From the NCBI GenBank assembly GCA_977020255.1, contig CDROCS010000669.1, positions 124,001 to 188,000 of the forward strand: a stretch of DNA of 64,000 nucleotides, given 5' to 3'. The notes below the pieces were generated by a model that made no database searches, had not been told where the DNA came from, and was given only the letters and a program-made list of their open reading frames with translations. Source of the DNA: Obrimoposthia wandeli (taxonomy: Eukaryota). Both the position numbers and the translations under genes were made by a program. How positions within the stretch are numbered: position 1 is the stretch's first letter; each line of letters opens with the position of its first letter. Shown piece after piece: positions 24,516 through 35,657 of the stretch.

Positions 24516-25151
24516 TTTATTTTTTATAATTGTTCTCTATTTGTTTATAAACAGTTACTCCCTTAGAATTAAATATGTCTGTTAAAATACGTAAATCATC
24601 TGGACAAGCTTGTGTAAAGTCAATAAATATATACTCATGTGCTTGTTTAGCAGCATCATGGAATGAATCAACTAGAAGTTCTTATTTTGAGGAAACGCCT
24701 GTCTGGCCACGAAATCTACAACTGTTTGATCTCTAGGATTTTTAAATAAAACTAACTAATGTACATTAAGATTTCTTGTTCTATGGTGACCTCCTTGGTG
24801 AAAAAGATTTTGAGAGATAAATATAACTGTTACTTCACGATGTCTTGCTATCTTTGTAAATAAATTATTTAAGTCCAATTTATTGTTAGCTTCCTCAATT
24901 ATTATTACATCTTATTTTTTAAATATTTCACACCAATTCGCATGAAATCCTTCAATAAATGTTATTCCTTTCAACTTGCAAACTTCTGTTTTGGTTAAAC
25001 CCCTTTCCCCTCCTCCACCATGATGCCAATAAATATTTTTGAAACTAGAATTGAAAAGAGATTCCTTTTGCAACAATTTACATACGAAATGTGTCTTTCC
25101 ACTTCCACTGGGACCAACTATTTGAAATACAGCATTATTGTTTAGCTCCAT
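24516..25151 (-). pseudogene. Packaging ATPase, right arm
   Basis: Walker A IVGPSGSGKT; same disruptions as the left copy. Confidence 0.85.
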
Positions 25152-25253
25152 TGCATACACTCTTTCATTTTAATATTGTTTATAGTATCATATAAGTTTT
25201 TTTTATTGATATGTATAATGTTAGAGCTATTGTAGATTAAATACAATAATTAA

Positions 25254-25460
25254 TTAATGAATATTGGTTATAATTTTATTAATTTGTGTTCGATTTCTAA
25301 ATACTCGAATAACGTGTGATTTAACCAATGTTTCAATGTTATCTCTTGTTATATCATTATTTTTTAATTCTGATAAAATTTGTTTATCCTTGATTTTTCC
25401 AGAAAATATTTCGTCGACAAGACGATCCCCTTCATTGTCTGTATTTATAGTATTATTCAT
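25254..25460 (-). CDS. Small 68-aa Polinton ORF, right arm
   Basis: Mirror of 12052..12258 with one amino-acid difference. Confidence 0.5.
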   Translation of the reverse strand: MNNTINTDNEGDRLVDEIFSGKIKDKQILSELKNNDITRDNIETLVKSHVIRVFRNRTQINKIITNIH

Positions 25461-26035
25461 TTAAAACAATAGGTTTAAACGGGTTTGTTTATAGAAAAAC
25501 GATAACAAGATGTAATAAGATATATTTTCTAAAATCGAATCAACAATGTCTGGATAATCAAAACTTTTCAATCACAATATCATAACTTTACCAAAGGAAA
25601 ATATATTTACACATAGCGGTTTAAACTTCAAATAACTGAGAGCAAGAAAAATTTACAGTTTAGGCATGCATTCTTCTTTCATTTTTTCTGCAATTTTATA
25701 AAGATTTATTTGTTTCCCAAGATTAGCTGAAATTGTGACTGATTGTATTGCAGTGATTCGAATTCCAAATGGTAATTTGAACTCAAGCAAAGGTATTTTG
25801 CATCTCATAACACGAGACTAAGAACTAATTTAAGAAAGAATAGGTAGGCCACATCCATATGTATATCTTAACGCTAAAGAACTCACGTTGGGGGCCTCCA
25901 TACGAGGATCTAACGGTTTCATTTAAAAACCCCAACAAATGTATTGAAATAAATTTTTTCGTCTTGTATTTTCTTCAATAAAATATATAAATCTATTTGA
26001 CATATTTTGTCCTTGCAATGTAGTAATTTATTCAT
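25461..26035 (-). pseudogene. TBP-like cargo gene, right arm
   Basis: Mirror of 11477-12051. Confidence 0.62.
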
Positions 26036-26451
26036 CTAAAATATGTTATTAGATATCCTTCTAACATATAGTAGTCATATATTCATATCTAAGTATTATC
26101 TGAAATAGATAAGTCGATGGGGTCGAGATGGATTCGTGTGGATTTCTTTAATCACTTTTGAGATTGGATGTGAAATTCATGCACAATGCATGAAATTTCA
26201 CTCCAAGTAACACACAAAAAAATGAGGGGGGATATTCCTCCCCAAGAGGGTGAGGGAGTAGACTGGACACACATACACAAGATTTCGCTCCACATACATG
26301 CGTGAAATTTCATTCCACACACACATGCATGGAATTTAACTCCACACACAGGCACGGTTGGGGTTGGATTAGACCGGACAGATCCACCTACTAGAGTTTC
26401 ATACGCTTATTGCTTCCCTAACCCAAACACCGCCTCTTATATTTACATCAC

Positions 26452-27311
26452 TGTGTTGTAATCGCATTTCGTATATTTATTAATATCTTTGTAACTCTCG
26501 CAGTAGTATGATTCTTGTGAGACATGTGATTGTAGTATCATGCCATATGTTGTTGTACATAGTGAAAGGGTATGTATCGTGAGTGTGAATTCATGTCAGT
26601 TTTGTTTGCCGATGAGTTTGTTTGGTTCAAAAAAGTTATCTATAGGGTTGGTAGTGTTTGTTTGGTCTATGTCAGATGGTCTGGATAATGTGTCAGTGAT
26701 TATAATTGTAAAGTTTGGAATGAACTTGATGTCTGTGTGGAATTGTGACATGTAATTTATTTGTCTTTATTTTTCGTGGTGTAGGATTTTTCATGTGCAA
26801 TGTGTGTATTAATGGTTTATCATATGTGTATGTGATGAATGTTTTGTCGATTTGTTGTTGTTCGAAGTGTTTGATGGCGCGGTATATTCCTAGTACTTCG
26901 TGGTTGTTTGTTGAATACTTAGTTTGATTAGTCTTAAATTTTTTGAGAAGAAAGCTAATGGTAATTATGTTTGTTGATAATCTCATTCAATACGGCTCCT
27001 GTTAAGTTGGATGCGCCAGTAGTTAGAGTTACCTTCGCATTGTTGGTTGGGCTTGTTAAAGTAGTGGCAGTTTTAAGTGCTTCATTTACATTGTTAAAAT
27101 CTTGAAGTTGTTAATTGTTGAATTTAGTTTTTGCGTTTTTATGTACTCGTTTAATGATTTTTCCAAAAAATATGCGTAATTGTTTCAATGTTTGTGGTGG
27201 GTAGATTTCTGAGATGGTTTTCAGTTTTGTCACATTCGGATTGATGCCATATATGGACAAAGTATATCCTAGATAGTTTATTTTTTACATGCTGCCTGAA
27301 CATGTTTCTGT
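26452..27311 (-). mobile_element. Inverted copy of the gypsy RT/RNase H relic
   Basis: ORF 26693..26986 reads EVLGIYRAIKHF...DKPL; mirror of 10200-11060. Confidence 0.85.
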
Positions 27312-27446
27312 GTTTAGTGTTAGTTTGTTATTTATTATGATTTTCCAAATGTGGTGAGAGCCTGATTGATCAAATCCTTGTTGTTTTCGGAGTCCGTTTT
27401 CGATAGTGTTCGATGGCTGCCTATACTTGTGATATACGATGCTTAC

Positions 27447-27665
27447 GTAATAGTACTGAAAAAGTACGCGGACCTACTCAAAGTTCCAATGACGAAACCG
27501 AGACCCCAAGCAGCTACTGTTACTGCTACCGAGGACCAGCAGCATATTGAGACCCGGACCTACGTAAAGTAGAAGAGGCCCCTATGGGGCCTTTGAGAAA
27601 TTGATTGCATTCACATTAATAAATGTTTGATAAATAGATAAATAAATAAATAAATAAATAATTTT
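27447..27665 (+). mobile_element. Arm-specific 219-bp segment resembling a retroposon 3' end (stem-loop plus (TAAA)n tail)
   Basis: Absent from the left arm, where 46 bp (10019-10064) sit instead. Contains the hairpin GAGGCCCCTATGGGGCCTT followed by AATAAA and about seven TAAA-like repeats. Confidence 0.5.
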
Positions 27666-28195
27666 TAAATTTCTTTAACTTATAATCTTTTTACAGTTTT
27701 CAAATTCTTTTTATAACTTCTTCTCGCTGGCGTATGATTGGCTGGTTACAGAAATGTCTTCAACGCAATGAAATTCCTGTTGATGATACTGACTCTGACT
27801 AATGTGGCTCAGCAATGCTGACAAACAATATTGCTTAGTCAGGCTTAGGTGACTCTTGTTGCTTGTATGACTCACACACTGCAGCTCTGCCATTAAATGT
27901 TATCCAATCCACCGTTCTGTTTTTCTGCAGCTCAGTTGACTCTATTAATAATCGTTTCTAGAGATAACCTTAGTTGAATAATTAAAAGTTAACTAGAAAC
28001 ACTTTTTATTTTTAATTTAATTTATGGTTCTTAAAATGTCCTTGGCAATGTCCATAAATATAGCCCATTTTACTTTTATTTAAATTTAACTTTCCTTTGG
28101 AACTGAACACACAACATATTGTGAAGTTACTAAGTTTCCTATTAAAATTATGAATATTATGCGCACGATAATAACTTGAAGCCAGACTTGATAAT

Positions 28196-28550
28196 TCACA
28201 ACTGCATCATGGGTCTCAGAACACCCCTCACCTAGATGACAACAAAAGCCTCACACATCGAATATTCAAATCACACATATACAACAAACACACAAATGAA
28301 ACCCAAATCTATCACAAGCATACATAAAAATACACAAACATTACTCACTAGACCCAAAATACAAGGGTCCATACACCATCATCTGACACAACTCCAACAA
28401 TACAACGATCATCATTTGAAAATCACACACCCAAAGAAACACAAAACCATATCACAAATACACTACCACAAGACAGTCAAATTCCCCACCGAAACAATAC
28501 CGACAAACACTACTCATTCCATAACTCCGTTATCTTAGGGGAAAGTTATT
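28196..28550 (+). mobile_element. Gypsy integrase C-terminus (GPY/F) and probable polypurine tract
   Basis: IMGLRT (cf. VLLGLRT), PKYKGPYTII, then TTAGGGGAAAG. Same strand as the relic at 10200-11060. Confidence 0.7.
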
Positions 28551-29822
28551 TTGTGACCCTATTCTTTCTCTCTCACTCTTTCATCTCATTCTCACTTTGT
28601 GTTTTTATGCTAGTTTTAATGTTTATGTATATGTGGAAGTTCTTTTGTTTGTGGAAGTTTCTACGTGGTGTAAATTTTATTTTGAAAAAAAAATTATTTT
28701 GCAATTATGAAATTAATTAAGGGATCAATCGTTATATCAATAAATCTCAATTCTTTGTTACCTCTTCTCCTATAATCTTTATCGGCCACTAACACCTACA
28801 GTAACATATTATAGATTAAGTTAGATAGGAGTAAAATCTCAAATGACTGCTTTAAAATGCATACTTTTTTTGCTGGAAAGCAACATTAATGTATTTGAGA
28901 AAAATACTATCCAAGTCAATGTAAGGATTTTCTAGTAAACTATTCAATATTTATGTCAAATAAAAATCTACAATATTTTAGTTATATGCTCATTTATTTA
29001 GATTAATTCTGATATTGAGTACTACCAAGATACGGAAAAGTTGAAATTGTCTGAAAAATAGTCCGTAGATAAAATATAGAATTGGAAAAAAATGTTGGCG
29101 TATTTGTTTTAATGTCTACTTTTAAAAACAAAATATTGTAATTTTGTACCTAAGATAGTAAATAAACATTTATTGGATTAATTAAAATTACCTATTTTAC
29201 ATCTTACATAGTATTTACTTAACTATAAATACACTTGTAAGAGAAAAACAGTTAAATATTTTCTTTTGACAATTAAAGGTAAATAATAAAAAATCTTATA
29301 GAATTTTCTGTTTATATTATAACATGGTGCTATTAATAGTTACTAAGCTCAGTTAGCAAGCAAAAACATTAAATTTTTTATAAATGAGATATTTATTCAA
29401 ATCATGTATTTTTCATTACACAAATTTAAGCAGACATAACAATCTAATAAACAAACTCTATTGACTATTATTCACTCAACTGTACATAAAAATTAACTAT
29501 ATTAAAAGGAAAAAAAATCATATTCACAAATAAAAAGTAATTTACAAATACAGCAAAACAAGGAAGTAAAATGTATATTTAGTGACTTCAAACGCAACTG
29601 AAACAGTTAAAAATGTGGAAACGCAACGATAAGAAAAAACTATCATCGGTGATCAATTAATAACCATTACAGATCATCAGTACTTCTGATCGTCCGTGCT
29701 TCACCTGTGAAAGAAAAATCTACGTGAAGTATTAGTAACAAAAATGACACGTTAAAGGATTAAAACTACGTTTACATTTAAATTTTGTATAAAATGTTCA
29801 AAAATGCAAATAAAAAGACTAC

Positions 29823-31091
29823 TTAATAAACAGTACTTTTTGAGAAAATGTCATCAAGACGGATACTTTTAAAATATACGAAGTAGCCACAAGCGATCGA
29901 TACAGATAGCACAATTAGGCTGTATTTACCGGAAAAATAAGTTACAACACCTAGGAAAACTATACAACAGAGAACTTTAAAAAATTCCCGTTCAAATTTA
30001 CGAGTCCAAATTTTTTTATTACGTCGTTTATTATTTTTATCATTCTTACCACCTGTATTTTTCGTAATTTTATCAGTCTTTTTAAAATCATCTATTTTCT
30101 TACTTTCTCTGCGAACACATTTTCCACTCTGAGAGTCTTTGGTATAATCTTCTTCACAACTACATTCGTAGCTGCCCGGAATGTTTGTACACTTCTCTCC
30201 AACGCCTCGACAGAGAGCACTATCGGCACTGCACTCGTTTACATCTTCACACACATAACCAACACTCTGATAACCGTCGTTACACTGTATACATTTATCA
30301 GAACCTTCTCCAGTACAATTGAGACATGATTTATCACATGCTTTGCAGTCGTAATTCCCATATGTGTTAAAGCAATACGTTCCTTCTGTGCAGTTAACAT
30401 TTTCCTCCACACACTCATCTATATCTTTACAAGCACCTTCAAATGACAAAAATCCAGATGAACAATTCAAACAATCTTTATCAGTTGGACCGTTACAACC
30501 ACTACACGACATCGGGCATGAGTTACATCCATTTTCAGAAGAATAATACGCGAATATACATGAATCACATTGATCACCCATGTATCCAGTATGACATAAA
30601 CAAGTCCCATTACCATGTCTGGTACCATTACCATCACAATTACCGTGTCCATTACAAAACTGTTGAGAAGTGGCATCAAAATATAAGCACTTGTTACAAC
30701 TTTCCCCAAAATGATTATCAGGACAGCATATTTTTATTTTATCAACGCATAGAAATTCGAATAAATTCCGTAACGTCTGATCTTTACGGAAGTAATTGAA
30801 CCACCAATCCTCGATTTTTTCTTCAACTTCCTCGCGTAAATATTGACATTTATCTCGATTAGTAACTGAACTTGGGCATAGATTCTCTAAAATATGAATC
30901 AATCTTGTTTCACTAGTTGCAAAATTTCCTAATCGTCGCTCCTCCCACGCTGTGTTTCCACCACCAAAATTGCTTTTTTCCGATTCCTTCAAACCATTAT
31001 TAAATTCATTAACAAGATTTTTACATATATCGCAAGGCTCAAATGCAGCTTCTGATATTAACAATGAAATAATTAATAAAAAAACATGCAT
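29823..31091 (-). CDS. CRELD: CRELD-like protein (signal peptide, CxxC/DUF3456 domain, EGF and furin-like repeats, C-terminal TM helices), single coding exon
   Basis: CDIC...NFGGGNTAWEERRLGNFATSETRLIHILENLC...EEKIEDWWF is diagnostic; calcium-binding EGF DIDEC/DVNEC repeats and two hydrophobic C-terminal segments. Likely start is MHVFLL at 31091. Confidence 0.95.
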   Translation of the reverse strand: MHVFLLIISLLISEAAFEPCDICKNLVNEFNNGLKESEKSNFGGGNTAWEERRLGNFATSETRLIHILENLCPSSVTNRDKCQYLREEVEEKIEDWWFNYFRKDQTLRNLFEFLCVDKIKICCPDNHFGESCNKCLYFDATSQQFCNGHGNCDGNGTRHGNGTCLCHTGYMGDQCDSCIFAYYSSENGCNSCPMSCSGCNGPTDKDCLNCSSGFLSFEGACKDIDECVEENVNCTEGTYCFNTYGNYDCKACDKSCLNCTGEGSDKCIQCNDGYQSVGYVCEDVNECSADSALCRGVGEKCTNIPGSYECSCEEDYTKDSQSGKCVRRESKKIDDFKKTDKITKNTGGKNDKNNKRRNKKIWTRKFEREFFKVLCCIVFLGVVTYFSGKYSLIVLSVSIACGYFVYFKSIRLDDIFSKSTVY

Positions 31092-32951
31092 AGTCTGAAC
31101 TATAAAATCTGAAAACAAAAAATAAAAAACAAAAATTTACGTTTCAATTTTGCATTGGCTAGTTGTCAATATTAAAACAATGGAGGAATTTAATAATAAA
31201 ATTTTGAAATCTTTAAATCTCTGAAATTTGAAACTACCAGAAAACAACTGTACTTTAAATACTTAAATTACCCTAATTTTTATTTAAAAATTTATCCACT
31301 GCTCTTCATTAAATAATTAACTTTGACATTTGTCATCTATAATTAAATGTATAAAAAACTTAACCAACTAAATACCTTAAAGTTTATGAGTATCACATGA
31401 TATTTTAATAATAGTCTAATAATTATGTATTATATATTATAATAGTTTAAATGTTCTATTTATTATTTTCTTTCATTTTTATAGTTTACATGATATCTTT
31501 TATAGCGTATTTTATAGATAAAATAATAATATCGTTACTAAAAAATCATATTTTAAATTTTAAAATAGTTCTAAAAAATTCTCTCATAAAGTATATTCTC
31601 AGTAACTTAAAGTAACTTTATCGAATATGTTATATTCATAAAGTTTATTGTGAAAAGTTTGTTAATTTTAAAAAAATAATTATTATAGATGGTTAGTGTC
31701 GATGAATAAGCTGAAGTACAGAGATGTTTTTTATATTTGCAAAAATGCTTTCAGGCACAGCAATCTTGAATTAAATTTAGAACCTAAAACTACATCTAGA
31801 TGTATAAATATCAATTTATTTACTACTAACAGTAAAGCGTTTAAAAATTAGAGTGGCATAAGTGTTCTAAGAATAGTTACTTTATAACTTCAAAAATTCC
31901 AGGATGTGTTTTTTTGTCATTTTTATCATCATAGTGTTTTTATTTAAAAACAGTCGATTAAAAAGTCAAATCAAATAAGAAGTATATAAATTGACCGTTT
32001 TTTTAACTGCAAAGAAGAATAAAAGTTTTAAGTTATTTCAAATGTCTATCAAATGTTCAAGAAAACTTTTAAATTTATAATTCTATTTAATATTTTGAGA
32101 TGCTGTCCAAAACTGTCATGAAAGATGTATTTCCAGGTTAATGAATGTTAATACCTGCAGGGAGTGAAAAAGTTGTGGAAGACATGGTATGTTAGAAACA
32201 CGGGTACACCTGAATGAGGGGTAAATAGGTGAGATCAAGTTGAGACATCCCGGATTTCAAAAAGAGTTTGTAAAAGCTCCACCAGGACTTTTGTGATTTC
32301 GTGATGATGCGTCATCACAAGATGATTTATTATCTTGGTTTGATCAGAGGAGTCAATTTAAATTAAACTGATAGCAGATTGGAACCCATGTTCACTGAAT
32401 AGAAGGATATTTGATTACTCATAAAGCTAACGAAGTTCATCGAAGAAATTTTGTTTTGTCGAATTACTTTCTTATTTTTATTGTATTTACATTTTAGAAT
32501 TATTTTAGACTTATCTGTAAATACAGATTTTCAACAGTAAGCTTAAGCCGACGATAAGCCAAAAAGTGAAATAAATTTGTTTCAAAATTAATTTGTAGAT
32601 ACAAGTGACGTTATTATTTATTTGTTTAAAGTTTTAAGGATTATTTGGAATTTATCCGTGAAAATCTGTTTTATTAAATTAACTCTTTATTTATAAACAA
32701 GAAGCCCCACGAAACAGTTGCACCACATAAATGTGGATACAACAGAGGAAAAAAGTGAATCATGGATATTTTTCCAGAAGAACATTAGTGGGCTGATCAT
32801 TGCAGGAGAGACGCAGCTTCAGTAGGTTAGCAGGTGAGACTGGTCACAAAATGTCGCAGCTCCAGTTGGTCACATCTATCAGAGGATTAGCCAACTCTAC
32901 CTGGATTTGATGATTAGTAGATAGGATCTAGTCAGGACGTCCCAAAATGGA

Positions 32952-33005
32952 ATATATATATATATATATATACGTGTGTATATATATGTATATATGTGTG
33001 TGTGT
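32952..33005. repeat. (TA)n/(TG)n microsatellite
   Basis: Direct reading of the sequence. Confidence 0.9.
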
Positions 33006-34615
33006 TAGCAAGCTATAAAGTGATGCGATGAGAATGTTTCACTAAAGAGGAATTAAAATCCTGAGGAATAAAGTCATCTAAATAATTTGAATCCATTCTA
33101 ATCTATGAGGAGGTCCATCGAATATTGCTCCATTCTCCCGCTTGAAAACAGAATCTTTACCTTTGATCATAAATTTGTTCTCTTGAATCTGATACTTGAT
33201 TCCATATTGATTGAAGAAAGTATTTATTTTGTCCACGTCCACTGAAGTAAAATTTGATACCTGAAAATCAAATTTAAGCGCTTCTATGTTGACAAAAAAA
33301 TTAAAAGTATGGTGTTGAAGTTTTTTCAAAAAACGCATTTCATATTCATAATATCTTTTTACACGTTCAGATAGATTTTCAATATTAATATTTGAAATTA
33401 TCAGTTCAAATATTCAATTGTTTATTCTCTAAAGATTGATTCTAATTGATTAAGAATGTTGTTTATGAAAATCGCTTAGTATTAGTAAAATCCTTAAAGG
33501 AAGTGCATGGGAAGCTCGTGTAGTACTTGTTATTGTTTGAATTGATGGATGGATATTTTCTCTATCATTATTTCAATTATAATTCATATTAGCATATAAA
33601 TTACTACAAAAACCTATATACGTACTTGCTGTATTTTAATCATTATTTATTTTGATTATTTTGGTTTTTCATTTTCAATAAAATCATTATCAAAATAGTT
33701 TTAATACTGATTTTAGTTTGTTCTCGAAGACAAAGACATCACATGACATCACTTGCACGTAAGTTGCAATTTTACTAAAATTAGATTTATCTATTAATAT
33801 ATAAGATGAATCCTGTTTATAATCATCAAAAACTTTACTCCATAAAATCAAATTAGTAAATATTAATTACAAGGAAAGGGTTGTTAGTGACATCGAACCC
33901 TTAGTTTTTCGGACTTGAAGGCCGTATCGGTATTGGCTCAAGTGTGAAGATTATTCGTTAATAAATTTCCAATCTGATAATTTATTGTATATATAAGTAT
34001 TAATATAATTTAGGAACTTGTAGAATAATGGGTTGTAAAAGAGTGTTAGATAAAAGCAATCTTTCTTTTGATAGTAATACCGTCAGTGTTATTTTCATGC
34101 TGTAAATCTCAGCAAGTTGAGCCAAGGCCATAAATTTCCCTGGAGTTCGATACGTCAAGTACAATCCGCTATATGTGAACATTATCGCAAGCGGGAAGGT
34201 GATGATACTTTGTGTTTCCCACTAAGCTATGAATATCAGATTGAATGTATCTTGTTTAATATATAGCTTCACGTCTGTGTTATTTCTTGCCAAAACAAAA
34301 ACATCACATGAAATGAAAAATGTTGCAATGTTACTAAAAATAGATTTATGTTTGTTTCCTGATTTATAAACAGTAATTTAATAACTTTATCACAGAATGG
34401 ATGAATTATTGATTGTAAAGAAGTGCAGGATGTATTACAAGATCTCACATTCACTATTCATACTGTTTTAATTAAAAAAAATCATTTTGAGTAAGGTTTA
34501 TTTCTAGTTTATTTAAAAATAATAATAATATTAATAAATAAAAGTCATAAAAAGTCAAAAGAAACATATTTACAATTGATTTTTTAGCCCAAAAGGCTTC
34601 CTCAGCTTGATCATG

Positions 34616-34891
34616 TTAGATCCATTTTCTTTCAGCTCTGTGTTTTTCCTTCATATCCACTTTTCTTCTTTCTGCCAATTGCTGGTTTTTTAATTCCATT
34701 GTCTTATTCCTCTTCAAGGCCATTCTTCTTTCAGCTAGTCGTCTATCTTGTACCTTTTCATTCCACTCCGTCGTGACAGCAGGATATAAATTCAGATTGA
34801 AAATCTTATTTCGCACGTCTACTTTCTTTTCATTTTTCTTAATATCCTTCGTTATTCACGCCTTGAGCTTCTTCGTTTGTGAGAGTTCCAT
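34616..34891 (-). pseudogene. Charged coiled-coil accessory ORF, copy 1
   Basis: NLNLYPAVTTEWNEK...LAERRKV; homologous to 39496-39800 and 47607-47986. Confidence 0.55.
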
Positions 34892-35657
34892 TTTATAAAT
34901 TATTAAATAAAAAATAAAATTGATTCTATTTATATAAATTTATTTTATTTAGTTTACAACAACAGGTCAATTACATAAGAGTTTGAGGCAAATGAAAAAG
35001 TTTAATAATTCTCCAATCATATCACGTGGAGAGAATTATGATGAAATTGATAGTCCAATCAAATAAAACCTCGATTTAGTATATAAGAGTAAAACTTTCA
35101 ACTCTAAATTAAAAAAGAAGATAATAAACTAGACAATAGCAACATCAGCAGCAACATCAACAGCAACATCACTAGCAATATCATCATCACCAGCAACAAC
35201 ATCATCAGAATCATCATCATCAGCTGCAACAACATCATGAGCAATGAGACTGAAAGAAACTATTGATGAAGTCAAGATAGAAGAAATGATTGTAGTGAAG
35301 ACAATTATTGAAGAAGATGAAGATAAAAAATGCCTTTTTAAATGCTTTGGCTTTTATGAAACCCATAATAGCTCATACTTCAATTATTTAAATCAATCAT
35401 ATGACCAACCTTAGTTTGTTTGGTGTGGGATTTAGTCAACTTAATGCAGAAAAATTAAACAGAACAAAAGTAAGTGAGATTTTAGTAAATCAATTATATA
35501 TTGATAATTACAGTAATTATTTACCTATAAGGGGTCCCACCTATAAGGGTGTCCGGTCACCGAAAATTTCACGCTTCACCTATAAGGGTACCCGGTGACC
35601 GGATTTAAGTCCTTGATTTTTTTTTAATCACAGAGAAAATTCAACTCAATGATCAAT

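Larger units (their letters stand above)
11120..26392. mobile_element. Polinton/Maverick element A (decayed; left part replaced by an inverted copy of the right-hand structural module)
   Basis: Contains PolB, MCP, penton, protease, ATPase and an integrase remnant. Putative termini are AGTAG at 11120 and CTACT at 26388-26392, each next to short gtgtgtggagtgaaatttc repeats. Exact ends are tentative because the flanks are themselves inverted and give no TSD. Confidence 0.85.
22750..28195 (-). repeat. Right arm of the inverted duplication
   Basis: Reverse complement of 9488-14776 with scattered substitutions, a 15-bp deletion near 23250 and a 219-bp arm-specific segment. Confidence 0.97.

Noticed and set aside
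11112-26400. Target-site duplication for Polinton A
   Set aside because: The flanks are inverted copies (GAAACTCT / AGAGTTTC), so no direct repeat can be read.
32700-32915. GC-richer fragment, and similar ones at 9740-9970 and 63440-63660
   Set aside because: No recognisable reading frame or termini; probably repeat debris.
34269-34470. Possible RING-finger cargo (ECEI..HPFCDK)
   Set aside because: Needs several repairs and too few Cys/His remain.
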